A program made the translations under genes and the position numbers. Below are positions 9,160-18,237 of a stretch of DNA of 64,000 nt, piece by piece (position 1 is the stretch's first letter; the number at the start of each line of letters is the position of its first letter). Below the pieces are notes generated by a model. The model was not told where the DNA came from. It was given only the letters and a program-made list of their open reading frames with translations, and did not search any database. Source of the stretch: an uncultured Candidatus Saccharibacteria bacterium (GTDB taxonomy: Bacteria; Patescibacteriota; Minisyncoccia; Phycocordibacterales; UBA12088); assembly GCA_964411375.1 (NCBI GenBank), contig CAYPKR010000002.1, positions 894-64,893 of the forward strand, read 5' to 3'.

Positions 9160-10071
9160 TTATATGCAAACAAACTTCTCCATCGCAGTAAAGACGTGTT
9201 GTGCCTTTGCTTTGACTGATACCTCATCGTCATAAATCATCAACATTTCAAGCGAGCGATGACGGCTAAACTTTCTCACATCTCGTGCGTCCATAGTTTT
9301 GAGTAGTTCAGTAACAAAGAAATGACGGAAGCCGTGTACGGTCTTTTCAATACCCAGTTCAGTAAAGAGTTCTCCTATCTCACGCTTTATGGTCATCGTA
9401 CTCAATCGCTCTGTCTTCCGATTTCCCATACTGCGGAATAGTGTCCCGTCAGTGAGATTGTGTACTTTCAGATAGCTTGTAAGTGCCTTGACGGTAGCAG
9501 GTGTGAGGTAGATAGGTTCTTTGTCGTCTTCGCCTTTACCGTGTATGTACGCGACCCCTTTGTGAAGTACCAAATCATCAACATCAAGACGGACTATTTC
9601 TATCTGCCGTAACCCTTGATACGCCAATAATGAAAACATCGCCCGTAGGCGACTATTTCTCGGCGTGTTTGGGAGTGATTGTATCTTCACTCCCAGTAGT
9701 TTTATTTCTTTATCTGAAAGTCCTTCACGTCTATGTCTTTTGCTTTGTCTAAACTGTTTTACATTATTCGTAACATCAAAAGGTAGTTTGCCTCTGCGTG
9801 TAAGTTCCCGAAGAAAGACACGAGAGGTAGTAAGATATTTATTTTTAGTAGCGACTGAATAATCAGTGCGTGATTGTAAGTATCGTTTGAAAGAGAGATA
9901 GCTTTTCTCATTGAAACCGCGAGCGTGGACATATGAAAGGAATAGACCGATACGAGCGGAGTATTCTTTGCGTGTCGTCTCTGACACATCAAGTCCATCA
10001 AAAATGTTCTCGTGTAGAGACGGCTCACTTATTACGCTTGGCAGTTTTCTTTTCATACACAATGTGTTCAA
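9160..10071 (-). CDS. Tyrosine site-specific recombinase/integrase
   Basis: 303 aa. C-terminal catalytic region 'HGFRHFFVTELL' and 'SRHRSLEMLMIYDD' fit the R..H-x-x-R...Y motif. N-terminal SAM-like core-binding region is present. Confidence 0.85.
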   Translation of the reverse strand: MNTLCMKRKLPSVISEPSLHENIFDGLDVSETTRKEYSARIGLFLSYVHARGFNEKSYLSFKRYLQSRTDYSVATKNKYLTTSRVFLRELTRRGKLPFDVTNNVKQFRQSKRHRREGLSDKEIKLLGVKIQSLPNTPRNSRLRAMFSLLAYQGLRQIEIVRLDVDDLVLHKGVAYIHGKGEDDKEPIYLTPATVKALTSYLKVHNLTDGTLFRSMGNRKTERLSTMTIKREIGELFTELGIEKTVHGFRHFFVTELLKTMDARDVRKFSRHRSLEMLMIYDDEVSVKAKAQHVFTAMEKFVCI

Positions 10072-10450
10072 CCGTTAGTTTTCGTTCCTCAAAAGAGGGA
10101 GTGAGCGTGGTGTATCGGTGGCAATCGTGATAATCACCCTCACTACACATCACTGCAACCCTCGTCCCTTTCTTTGCCAGTCCGACCAGCTCATCTATGG
10201 CTTCCTCGTAACCCACGTTTACGCCTCTACCGCCCAAGTTCTTACCCCGATAGAGGTATTTTATGTGGGCTTTAGCAAGCGTGTCCTGAAGGGCTTTTTG
10301 AGAGAAATGCGGGCAAAATCTGGATAGGGGTATTGTCCGAACGTCTGCCAAAACCTCAATCTTGGATTTTTTGAGAATACCAAGAAAGTCAGTGATTGGA
10401 CGATTTGAATGACCACACGAATAAACTACAAATGATTTTTTTGTTGTCAT
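10025..10450 (-). CDS. DUF488 family protein
   Basis: 'MTTKKSFVVYSCGHSNRPITDFLGILKKSKIEVLADVRTIPLSRF' matches the DUF488 N-terminus. The ORF-track TTG start at 10492 is less likely. The 3' end overlaps the integrase start. Confidence 0.55.
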   Translation of the reverse strand: MTTKKSFVVYSCGHSNRPITDFLGILKKSKIEVLADVRTIPLSRFCPHFSQKALQDTLAKAHIKYLYRGKNLGGRGVNVGYEEAIDELVGLAKKGTRVAVMCSEGDYHDCHRYTTLTPSFEERKLTVEHIVYEKKTAKRNK

Positions 10451-10525
10451 AGGATTATATGTTGAACCTAACAAGCACCACCTCAAATGCAAGTGAGGCG
10501 TTGCACAAGTGCTACGTTCGTAAAC

Positions 10526-10990
10526 TTATTTGTAGTCGTATACGGTCATCGTGAAGTTACCCATAGTGTTTGCGTCTATGTAGTATTCACCTGAACCGTA
10601 AATAACTGTTTCGTCTTTGACTGCCTTCGGGCTGTTCATCACGCCTTGAGGAAGTTGACTGCCGACCTTGAATACAAATGCTCCGCAATACGTTGCACTT
10701 GTGTCTCCACTACAATCGTATGCAATCTTGAAGCGACTACCAGTGATAGTGAACGGTTCTGATTTCTTTTGCCCGTTACCACTAAACTTCATAACCTCAA
10801 CGTACTGTTTACCTGCAACAGGTTCGCTTGGCTTGTTTGCAGTAGTTGTTTGCTCTGTCTTCGTTACTGTTTCTGTTTGAGTTGTTGGAGTACTATCCAA
10901 CATTGAACCGATAAGACCAACACCAAAGAAAATAGCGAGTGCAATGACCCACCATTTTTTGTAAAAAGGTTTCTTTACTTGCTGTTCCAT
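10526..10990 (-). CDS. Hypothetical membrane-anchored/secreted protein
   Basis: 154 aa. N-terminal TM helix and a Thr-rich linker. No recognised domain. Confidence 0.45.
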   Translation of the reverse strand: MEQQVKKPFYKKWWVIALAIFFGVGLIGSMLDSTPTTQTETVTKTEQTTTANKPSEPVAGKQYVEVMKFSGNGQKKSEPFTITGSRFKIAYDCSGDTSATYCGAFVFKVGSQLPQGVMNSPKAVKDETVIYGSGEYYIDANTMGNFTMTVYDYK

Positions 10991-11309
10991 ATTTTTAGTA
11001 AATGGTTTCTAATCAACCACTTCCGACAAAGTGATTGTTTAGTAGCAAGATTTTGGCACACAAAAATCCTGCCACTAGGAAGGGTCTTGCGACCCTCTAC
11101 CAAAGTTTCCCTTGGCAACGCGATGAACGCCCTAATGACAGGGTTTTTATGTTCATCGCGTTTTAGCGACCATACCTTACAGAAAATCTATAAGGGTTAG
11201 GTCTCCAACCTTTTGAGTTGTATTTGTATTTTATCAAAAAATGACCATTTATTCAATGGCATTTTTGGTCATTTCTCTACGGAGTAATGAACGTATGACG
11301 TTACTCTTT

Positions 11310-11975
11310 TTATTCTGTGGACAAAGTATCTTCGTATTTGTCTTTGATTACAGAAAGACCAATGTTGTGTATCGCGTGTGCGATTTGTGCTTTCAGCTCC
11401 TCATCAAGTGGAGTATCTTGTGTCTCATCTTCAGTACGGATTTTCTCACTCCAACCCTCAAAGAGTTGAGCAAAGAGTTTTACCGCTCGTGGGTCTCCAG
11501 TTTGCTTTGCGTGTTGAACAAGTGCATAGAAGACATCGGGTGCGTGCGAACGGAAATAGTTGTTAGTGTAAACACCAACTTCGTCCCAGAAACCAGCCCT
11601 TCGTTTCCAGTTAGCGAAGGTATCTTTGTGTATGCCGATTTTCTCTGAAAGTTTCTCTTGAGTTTCTGGCTTCCTCAACTGGCGAGGAAGTGCATACCAG
11701 CGAATAAATACGAGCATTTTGTCGGGTTGCTCAAGTCCAGTATCGTCCAAATGCCTAAACAAAGATTTCGCCTTTTTATCGGCTATATCGGTCTTCTTTG
11801 GAGGTGGTATTGGTTTATCCTCAACTTTGGGTTTAGCGACTGTCGGAGAGGCAAATACAGGGGGTTTAGCCACTGTTTGAGAGGGCTTTTTGACCTGCGT
11901 TTCCTCTAGCTTCTTCTTCCGAAGAATGTCGTTGATGTTTGCACCTGTCCGTTTTTGTATGTTTTCTGTTGCCAT
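11310..11975 (-). CDS. HTH domain protein with a Pro/Lys-rich N-terminus; phage-like, possibly terminase-small-subunit-like
   Basis: 221 aa. 'RQLRKPETQEKLSEKIGIHKDTFANWKRR' is HTH-like. The assignment is weak. Confidence 0.4.
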   Translation of the reverse strand: MATENIQKRTGANINDILRKKKLEETQVKKPSQTVAKPPVFASPTVAKPKVEDKPIPPPKKTDIADKKAKSLFRHLDDTGLEQPDKMLVFIRWYALPRQLRKPETQEKLSEKIGIHKDTFANWKRRAGFWDEVGVYTNNYFRSHAPDVFYALVQHAKQTGDPRAVKLFAQLFEGWSEKIRTEDETQDTPLDEELKAQIAHAIHNIGLSVIKDKYEDTLSTE

Positions 11976-12083
11976 AGTTTTATTGGTATACTTATGCAGT
12001 AGCGTATGCCTTCATTTCAGCTTGAAACTCCGACCAGAGCTTCAGTTCTGCTACTAAAGAGTTCCAACTAAACCCAGCGTAGT

Positions 12084-12133
12084 CCACAAACGACACAAAC
12101 ATCCCGCCTGCGCGGGATTTTGTGCGTTTGTGG
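12084..12133. repeat. ~50-nt imperfect palindrome (long hairpin) at the GC transition
   Basis: CCACAAACGACACAAACATCCCGC-ctgc-GCGGGATTTTGTGCGTTTGTGG. The inner ATCCCGC/GCGGGAT stem is followed by TTTT. Confidence 0.5.
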
Positions 12134-12180
12134 AAGCCGGAGCCATGTCGCGTTAGCGACGGCGAGTCGGGGTCGCGAAA

Positions 12181-12200
12181 AAATTTCCGTCAGGAAATTT
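12181..12200. promoter_or_regulatory. Perfect 8-4-8 inverted repeat AAATTTCC-gtca-GGAAATTT; candidate operator
   Basis: Lies ~50 nt upstream of the 12252 gene. A TATACT -10-like hexamer sits 6 nt before the ATG. Confidence 0.3.
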
Positions 12201-12251
12201 ATTTGTGACCACCCTAATTATCCGTGACCGAATCTCTGCTATACTCTCTAC

Positions 12252-12521
12252 ATGCACGAAGGTCCCCCAGAACTCCCACCCACTCCCGAAGAGGAAATAA
12301 ACATCTTTGAAATAGTTGAACCCGAATCGGCGCTTGAAGCACTTGTTGCTGAAAGGGAGCTCACCGAAGCCGAACTAGAGCATCTTGCTATGGTAATGGA
12401 GCAAGAAGAGTACGTTGTTGAGGATTTTTTCACATGCATTGAGGAATCTGGGGTAGAGCCAAACGCGAACGAACGTTGGCTTATGAATCGGCTCGAGCGA
12501 CCTACACCAGAAACAGAATAA
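12252..12521 (+). CDS. Very acidic small protein (89 aa, ~28 Glu/Asp)
   Basis: The ORF has its own operator-like palindrome upstream and a clear intrinsic terminator downstream. Confidence 0.45.
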   Translation: MHEGPPELPPTPEEEINIFEIVEPESALEALVAERELTEAELEHLAMVMEQEEYVVEDFFTCIEESGVEPNANERWLMNRLERPTPETE

Positions 12522-12584
12522 CCCAATCGCCTAAAATTTTTCGAACTCTCCAACCCCGAAAAATCGTGAACCGTTAATTTGGAA

Positions 12585-12614
12585 AAGAGCAAGGAATTTC
12601 TTGCTCTTTTTTCT
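12585..12614 (+). terminator. Rho-independent terminator
   Basis: AAGAGCAAG-gaattt-CTTGCTCTT followed by TTTTTT. Confidence 0.6.
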
Positions 12615-12759
12615 TCATTTTCAAAATGAATTGACCATATTTTTTCTATATCGTCTGAACAAAATATTACGTAATTGCCATCGAATCCTTATCGTCTCCG
12701 ATCACGCTGTCTTCCTAAAATGTATATGAAGACATCATATTATAAGTTAAGAATTACCT

Positions 12760-13737
12760 ATGAGTTCACTTAGCAAATACAGTCCCTTATCACAAAAACG
12801 CACGATTACATTCACGTTGTTCCTTATGGCGGCCGCACTTACTACATCAGTTGCGGCCTTTTTTATTGGAGGAGGGAGTCTAACGCCGAAAGCAGAAGCA
12901 GCTGGTCCTGCTCCGCTCCCACCTGGCCCCGTTCTTCCAGTTGGTGGCAAGCTTTGTATGAACTATGGTCATGCAACAACTGGACGAACTGACATGAATC
13001 AAGCAAGTATTGACTTCACGAGGCTTTCAAATGTCGGAATCAAATGCCTTCGTCTTGCATACAAAGGATTGATGAATACCGATACTCAGGCAGTGGCGCT
13101 TCTTGCAAAGTCAAAAGGTATGTCCGTCATCATGGGTGGTGATTCGGAAGAAATATATCGATCCGATTTTGCCAAATATGATCGAGAAATGATCAGCGGA
13201 GCAAAGTGGGCACAGGCAAATGGCATTCCGCAAATTTCGATCGGTAATGAGCAGGAATACGAATTAGGAGACGTTTCCCAAGATGAATGGGTTGAGCACC
13301 TAAAATCGCTTGCAGCGCAGGTACACACGGTATATTCCGGCAAAGTAAGTTACGAGACCTCGTCCGATTTTCTTCCACTCTGGAAACGACATGGGCTTGG
13401 CTCGATCGATCTCATCGGACTTAATAATTATTGCGGGTATGGCTGTAACGGAAGCAGGATCGCTGATGCGGTCAAAGTATTTGGCTACGGACACGTCTAT
13501 GTGAGTGAAACAAATGCGGACATGGAAACGGGACTCTACGATTCTGATCTCGCACATGCGGCAAGAGTAAACGGGGACCTAATGGCACTTCTGAAGATTT
13601 ATCCAGTTCCGATGTATTACTTCACCTACAGCACGTCTCCATCTGGCGGAATGGTCGACAATCACTGGGGACTCTTTAACGGTAATACACTACGACAGCC
13701 ACTCACCGCTGCAGTTCTTGGCATCCGCCAAAAATAA
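12760..13737 (+). CDS. Secreted TIM-barrel glycoside hydrolase, GH-A clan-like (putative)
   Basis: 325 aa with an N-terminal signal/TM. 'ISIGNEQEYE' resembles the clan GH-A acid/base NEP/NEQ motif. 'VYVSETN' is a candidate nucleophile strand. Confidence 0.4.
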   Translation: MSSLSKYSPLSQKRTITFTLFLMAAALTTSVAAFFIGGGSLTPKAEAAGPAPLPPGPVLPVGGKLCMNYGHATTGRTDMNQASIDFTRLSNVGIKCLRLAYKGLMNTDTQAVALLAKSKGMSVIMGGDSEEIYRSDFAKYDREMISGAKWAQANGIPQISIGNEQEYELGDVSQDEWVEHLKSLAAQVHTVYSGKVSYETSSDFLPLWKRHGLGSIDLIGLNNYCGYGCNGSRIADAVKVFGYGHVYVSETNADMETGLYDSDLAHAARVNGDLMALLKIYPVPMYYFTYSTSPSGGMVDNHWGLFNGNTLRQPLTAAVLGIRQK

Positions 13738-13836
13738 TCGATTACATGACACAAAAATACCTGCGAGTACGCAGGTATTTTTGTGCAAATCGACATTTTC
13801 CGATCACTAGTCGTTTGGTACACTAAGATTCTACCT

Positions 13837-14763
13837 ATGAGCATTCACAATCATCGATCTTCATCTTTTGCGCGAAGATCAATCTACAGCGCAATTATTA
13901 CGAGTATTGTTATATCAGCTCCGATTTTCGCACTTGCAGAGGATGCAAGCACTACCGCGTCAACATCGCCAAATCCGTATCTTTCCTCTGCAGCAGTTGA
14001 AGCGCGTGTGCGCGAATACTTTGCCGACTCTGCAGTCATGCAGAATATTGCAAAATGCGAATCGGGTTTCAGGCAGTTTAATTCTGACGGGACACCACTC
14101 GATGGTGGGTCAGGCGGAATGATTGGTGTATTCCAAATCGGAAAAGCAGTGCACGAAGAATACGCAAAATCAATCGGTCTCGACATCAATACACTTGAAG
14201 GGAACATCGGCTACGCACGCTATCTCTACGCAAAAGACGGAACCGATCCATGGCTTTCTTCGTTTGATTGTTGGAAAACCAAAACAACGGTCGAGGCAAC
14301 ATCGCTTCCAAGCACCAATACATCAAGTGCCGATTTAGTATTCGCGTCTGATTTGAGTCTCGGAACAGTGAGTCAGGAAGTGCAATCACTTCAGATTATT
14401 TTGAATCATGCAGGATTTACGGTTGCGGAGTCGGGGCCTGGATCTCCTGGACAAGAAACGACCAAATATGGACTTCTTACAAGGGACGCGGTGCGCAAGT
14501 TCCAATGTGCACAAAAGATCGTCTGTGATGGAGAGGAATATACAACTGGCTATGGATATGTAGGTAAGCGTACGAGAACCGCACTCCTCAATTTTGCTGG
14601 CGGAGGAATCACGAGTATCCCTACTCCACCATCAAACACTCCACCAACACCTCCGACCAATAGCGATTCTCCCGATGTCGTAAAACTCAAGACACAGATC
14701 AGCGACCTCGAAAAACAACTTTCTGATCTCAAGGCACAGCTCAAGGCAAAAACGGGACAGTAA
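13837..14763 (+). CDS. Secreted transglycosylase-like (RPF-type lysozyme-like) domain protein with a peptidoglycan-binding domain and a C-terminal coiled coil
   Basis: 'IAKCESGFRQFN...GVFQIGKAV...GYARYLY' is a transglycosylase-like domain. 'LQIILNHAGFTV...GLLTRDAVRKFQ' is PG_binding_1-like. A Pro/Thr linker and a KLKTQISDLEKQLSDLKAQLK coiled coil follow. The start was chosen at the internal Met (13837), downstream of the ORF-track start at 13783. Confidence 0.6.
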   Translation: MSIHNHRSSSFARRSIYSAIITSIVISAPIFALAEDASTTASTSPNPYLSSAAVEARVREYFADSAVMQNIAKCESGFRQFNSDGTPLDGGSGGMIGVFQIGKAVHEEYAKSIGLDINTLEGNIGYARYLYAKDGTDPWLSSFDCWKTKTTVEATSLPSTNTSSADLVFASDLSLGTVSQEVQSLQIILNHAGFTVAESGPGSPGQETTKYGLLTRDAVRKFQCAQKIVCDGEEYTTGYGYVGKRTRTALLNFAGGGITSIPTPPSNTPPTPPTNSDSPDVVKLKTQISDLEKQLSDLKAQLKAKTGQ

Positions 14764-14808
14764 CATAGGGTGCGTTCAGGACGTTTTAAAATATGAGATA
14801 CTATTCTC

Positions 14809-15918
14809 ATGCATAAGGTGAAGGACGAATCGATCATTACGCGCATCCGCTCGTATGTCGAAAAATATGAACGCCGTGCATCGGTAATCGCTCTTATTTT
14901 CGCGTTCTTTATCGACAGTGTAACGCTCGTTCGAATCGACTTTCTTCTTACCGAAGCGCTTCTTGTCCTCTATTTGCTGATTGCAGGAATCGGCATCTTT
15001 TTCCTGATTCGCTCCGAAGAAGGTGGACGTGGGCTTTTTTCTCCAGAAGGACGAGCGTGGCTTCTTATTGCCATCCAATTCGCATTCGGCGGTCTTTTTG
15101 GTCGCTATCTTATTTATTACTCCCGGTCCGGCGCGCTATTTTCAAGCTGGCCGTTTCTACTTCTTCTTTTTGTTCTTATTGTTGGTAATGAGCTCGCTAA
15201 AAAATTCTATCTCCGCGTCGTCTTTTATCTCGGGATGTTTTTTACCGCGCTGTATTTTTTCCTCATATTCTTCATTCCGGTTGTGATTGGAATAATGGGG
15301 ACGACCATATTCATAGTCTCTGGAGTAGTTGCACTTATCGGTATCGCAGTCGTCATTGATTTGATTGAACGTGTTGCGCCAGGGAAGATCAAGGAAAATG
15401 GATTCGGAATCACCGCTACTATTTTTTGTATTTATATTGCGACCAACCTGTTGTACTTCACCCACATCATTCCGCCACTTCCACTTGGACTTCGCGAAGT
15501 CGGCGTCTATCATTCAGTCGAGCGAACAAACACCGGCTATGAAGCAACAACTGAACTCGAAAGCAGGAATTTTCTCAAAGAATTACTTCATTTTAGAAAA
15601 ACAATTTCAATAACAGCAGGGGAGCCGGTATACGTGTATTCTGCGGTTTTTGCGCCGACCGATTTTGGTACCACGGTCGTCCATCATTGGTTCCAGTATT
15701 CAATTGAACGAAAAGAATGGATTGATGGTGGCAAGATTTCATTCCCAATTGTCGGTGGGGAAGATCGCGGGTATCGTGGGTATTCAATAAAAAACAACGC
15801 GGGTCCGGGTTTGTGGAAAGTAAATATTGAAACAGAAAACGGACTCATTATCGGCGTTATCTCATTCAACGTACAGCTAGTAACCGAAGGACCGATTCTG
15901 GTTCCGAAGGAATTGTAG
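14809..15918 (+). CDS. Polytopic membrane protein with a C-terminal beta-rich extracytoplasmic domain (DUF2914-like?)
   Basis: 369 aa. Has ~6 hydrophobic helices, then 'HHWFQYSIERKEWIDGGKISFPIVGG'. Confidence 0.5.
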   Translation: MHKVKDESIITRIRSYVEKYERRASVIALIFAFFIDSVTLVRIDFLLTEALLVLYLLIAGIGIFFLIRSEEGGRGLFSPEGRAWLLIAIQFAFGGLFGRYLIYYSRSGALFSSWPFLLLLFVLIVGNELAKKFYLRVVFYLGMFFTALYFFLIFFIPVVIGIMGTTIFIVSGVVALIGIAVVIDLIERVAPGKIKENGFGITATIFCIYIATNLLYFTHIIPPLPLGLREVGVYHSVERTNTGYEATTELESRNFLKELLHFRKTISITAGEPVYVYSAVFAPTDFGTTVVHHWFQYSIERKEWIDGGKISFPIVGGEDRGYRGYSIKNNAGPGLWKVNIETENGLIIGVISFNVQLVTEGPILVPKEL

Positions 15919-15921
15919 TTG

Positions 15922-15993
15922 TGCCCCCACCAGGAGTCGAACCTGGATCTCATCCTTCGGAGGGATGCACTCTATCCATTGAGCTATGGGGGC
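15922..15993 (-). tRNA. tRNA-Arg (anticodon CCG)
   Basis: Reverse complement reads GCCCCCATAGCTCAATGGATAGAGTGCATCCCTCCGAAGGATGAGATCCAGGTTCGACTCCTGGTGGGGGCA. It has a 7-bp acceptor stem, a CATCC/GGATG anticodon stem with loop CUCCGAA, and a T-arm GGTTCGACTCC. Confidence 0.85.
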
Positions 15994-16054
15994 GGATATG
16001 AGGAGTCTAATATGGAAGCTTTAAAATTGCACTTTGGATACACAAGATTATTTC

Positions 16055-16094
16055 TCCAAAACAAAAGAGCTCCGCGCACAAGACGCGAAGCTCT
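16055..16094 (-). terminator. Rho-independent terminator downstream of the SulP gene
   Basis: AGAGCTCCGCG-cacaaga-CGCGAAGCTCT hairpin with one mismatch. A U-run follows on the minus strand (plus strand reads CAAAACAAAAG). Confidence 0.5.
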
Positions 16095-16137
16095 AAGTAG
16101 TTGGCCTCAACCTAACGGAAAGGCCTAAAGAACGTTG

Positions 16138-17877
16138 TTATGCAGCCATAAGCGCCGGCTGTAGGCGAATACGAGTTGCATGTTGATGTCCGGAGACTGC
16201 CCAAAGAGATGGGCATACGTGCAGCACGGCACCATGCCGTTCTGCAAATGCGTGAACCCGACTTAAGGTCGGATGATCAGCGAGCAAGATCCCGCCAGCG
16301 AAGTGGATATGTAACGTGCCAGGAAGATCCACGACTTCAGCAAGCGCCTTCTCGGGAGAGTGATTGAACAGCCACGCTCCTTTGAAGTGTGCATGGACGC
16401 CGTCGTGCTCCGTCGTAAATTCAACGGAATGATTCTTCCAAAGTGCCCAAGCGTTTTCGAGGACGCCAGGGAGAGTTGTTTCGGGCATCAGTTTCCATGA
16501 GGCCCAAATGGCGAAGCCAGCCACAATGCCGACCTGAGCGAGCATTCCGAGGAGTATTCCCCAGAAGATGTCGCCAGAATACAAGCTGAAACTGAAAGCG
16601 GTGATGGCGACACCGAGCTGATCGAGACCGGCGTGATATAGCTTGCGCAGCCGGTCTGGATGCAAGAGTTTGGTGCAGAGGGTGTAGACGATAATCGCCG
16701 CGAGCGCCGAAGTCGGCACGTGGTTGATCACGTCGGTGAAGAAGATCACCCACAAAAACACAAAGAAGGTATTAATGATACCTGCCCAAGCGGTGCGGCC
16801 GCCGATGGTGATGCACTTCGTGCTTTTTGCGATCCCAATGACCGCAGGAAGTGCGCCGACAAAGCCGCACAGAATATTTGAGATACCTTGCGATACCAAT
16901 ACCCGATCAGGGTCAGAACGCCGCTTGTACCGGTCCTGGTTATCAAGACCGAGCATCGCTGCGATACCTTCCGAACCGTCAACCGCAAGACAGGTAAACA
17001 CCAGCTTGCCGTACGCAAACCACAAATCAGGTGTGATCAGAATCGCGTACGCCGCTCCCAAGAAGACCGAGGGAGAGATCAAGCCGTCAGTGAAATGCGG
17101 AGGCAGCTGGGTACGTTGCCATGGAGTGAAATCGAGGCTGTACCCAATCGCGATTGCAATCGGAAGCACCGAAATCTGTGGTGGAGAATGTTTTACCAGA
17201 TTCCACCAGAACCCCTTCTTCTCGCGCTTCTTCCCGTATGCGCTGAGTTGCGCAAAGCCGATGAGGGCCGCGAAGATGAAGACCGTCGTACATGCGACGT
17301 GCAGGTTTTCCGGAATTTGACCGAAGTGCGAAGGAGCTTCGAAGACGATGCCCCATGTATCACGGGCGGTAAATTTCACACCCATGAATGCGCCAAAACG
17401 GCTGATTGCCAAAATGACTGCGATAGCGCCGAGCGCTCCAGTAATGAGAGCTTCGGTGCACAGAGAAGCGAAGACCGTAGCCTTCTTCTTGTAGCCGATG
17501 TACCACATGAGAATTCCCACAAGAGGAAGTCCCACGGAAGCACGGGCGATACCAAGATCGACATCGCCATAGCCAAGATTCATCACGGCACTGGCCATCA
17601 GTGGAGCAAGACCTGCGCCACTGGCGCAAATACCGTAGTATGAGCCGCCAAGTATTCCCATCACGACGCCGCCAATAAGTGCGGTCACGATACCACCCAT
17701 CGGGTGATAGCTAGAAATGCTTGCAATACCAAGGGCGAATGCAATCGACATAAACGACAAGCTGATGCCTGCCGGAATGTCATGTCTCAAGAAACGAGGA
17801 TCAAGCCTCCCGTTCGGAACAAGATGTTCCGTATCCATCCTGAGGTATCCAAAAACACCCTGTAAGACGCCAAGCAT
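16138..17877 (-). CDS. SulP-family inorganic anion (sulfate/bicarbonate) transporter with a C-terminal STAS-like domain
   Basis: 579 aa. Polytopic, with Gly-rich helices typical of SulP (GGIVTALIGGVVMGILGGS). The cytoplasmic C-terminal domain is present. The more likely start is the Met at 17838 (MDTEH). GC is ~55-57 % in two 60-nt samples. Confidence 0.75.
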   Translation of the reverse strand: MLGVLQGVFGYLRMDTEHLVPNGRLDPRFLRHDIPAGISLSFMSIAFALGIASISSYHPMGGIVTALIGGVVMGILGGSYYGICASGAGLAPLMASAVMNLGYGDVDLGIARASVGLPLVGILMWYIGYKKKATVFASLCTEALITGALGAIAVILAISRFGAFMGVKFTARDTWGIVFEAPSHFGQIPENLHVACTTVFIFAALIGFAQLSAYGKKREKKGFWWNLVKHSPPQISVLPIAIAIGYSLDFTPWQRTQLPPHFTDGLISPSVFLGAAYAILITPDLWFAYGKLVFTCLAVDGSEGIAAMLGLDNQDRYKRRSDPDRVLVSQGISNILCGFVGALPAVIGIAKSTKCITIGGRTAWAGIINTFFVFLWVIFFTDVINHVPTSALAAIIVYTLCTKLLHPDRLRKLYHAGLDQLGVAITAFSFSLYSGDIFWGILLGMLAQVGIVAGFAIWASWKLMPETTLPGVLENAWALWKNHSVEFTTEHDGVHAHFKGAWLFNHSPEKALAEVVDLPGTLHIHFAGGILLADHPTLSRVHAFAERHGAVLHVCPSLWAVSGHQHATRIRLQPALMAA

Positions 17878-18237
17878 GTCGTGCCTTTCGTGTTAGGTTG
17901 AGTTGTCGAAGAACAAAGAACCGATCGGTCATGCGAACAGTTATAAGACTGTAATCGTATGCCCGAAGGAAAGATGTAGATGGCGGAAAACACTAAAAAT
18001 CCCGCGTACATCGCTCCTTTGGGTATGCGCGCACGAATTACTTGCAAAACGCAAGTAGGAAGATTTGAAGAATTCTGCCCCTAAGTAATTTGAGGCAAAG
18101 TTCTGGAAACCTTATTCGATAAGGTAAGGAACAGTATCTTAGGCTAGGAAAATACCCTTATGTCAAAACGCCAGACTATGTAATATACCCATTGAAAAGA
18201 GGTGTCAATACAAGTAATACACTTTTCAATAATATGG

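Larger units (their letters stand above)
100..12133. mobile_element. Putative integrated genomic island with defence/restriction-modification cargo; boundaries approximate
   Basis: GC drops from ~48-50 % in hand-counted 60-nt samples at 12841-12900 and 40321-40380 to ~33 % at 2041-2100 and ~43 % at 11400-11460. It contains an excisionase-like HTH gene, a tyrosine integrase, a Type I R-M system and a phage-like HTH gene. A long palindrome at 12084-12133 sits at the GC transition. The first ~60 nt of the window are GC-rich again. Confidence 0.45.

Noticed and set aside
16176-17643. Several long plus-strand ORFs (up to 251 aa) inside the SulP gene
   Set aside because: They are an artefact of the high GC of this gene. 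They have Arg/Pro-rich nonsense composition and lie entirely antisense to a well-supported transporter.
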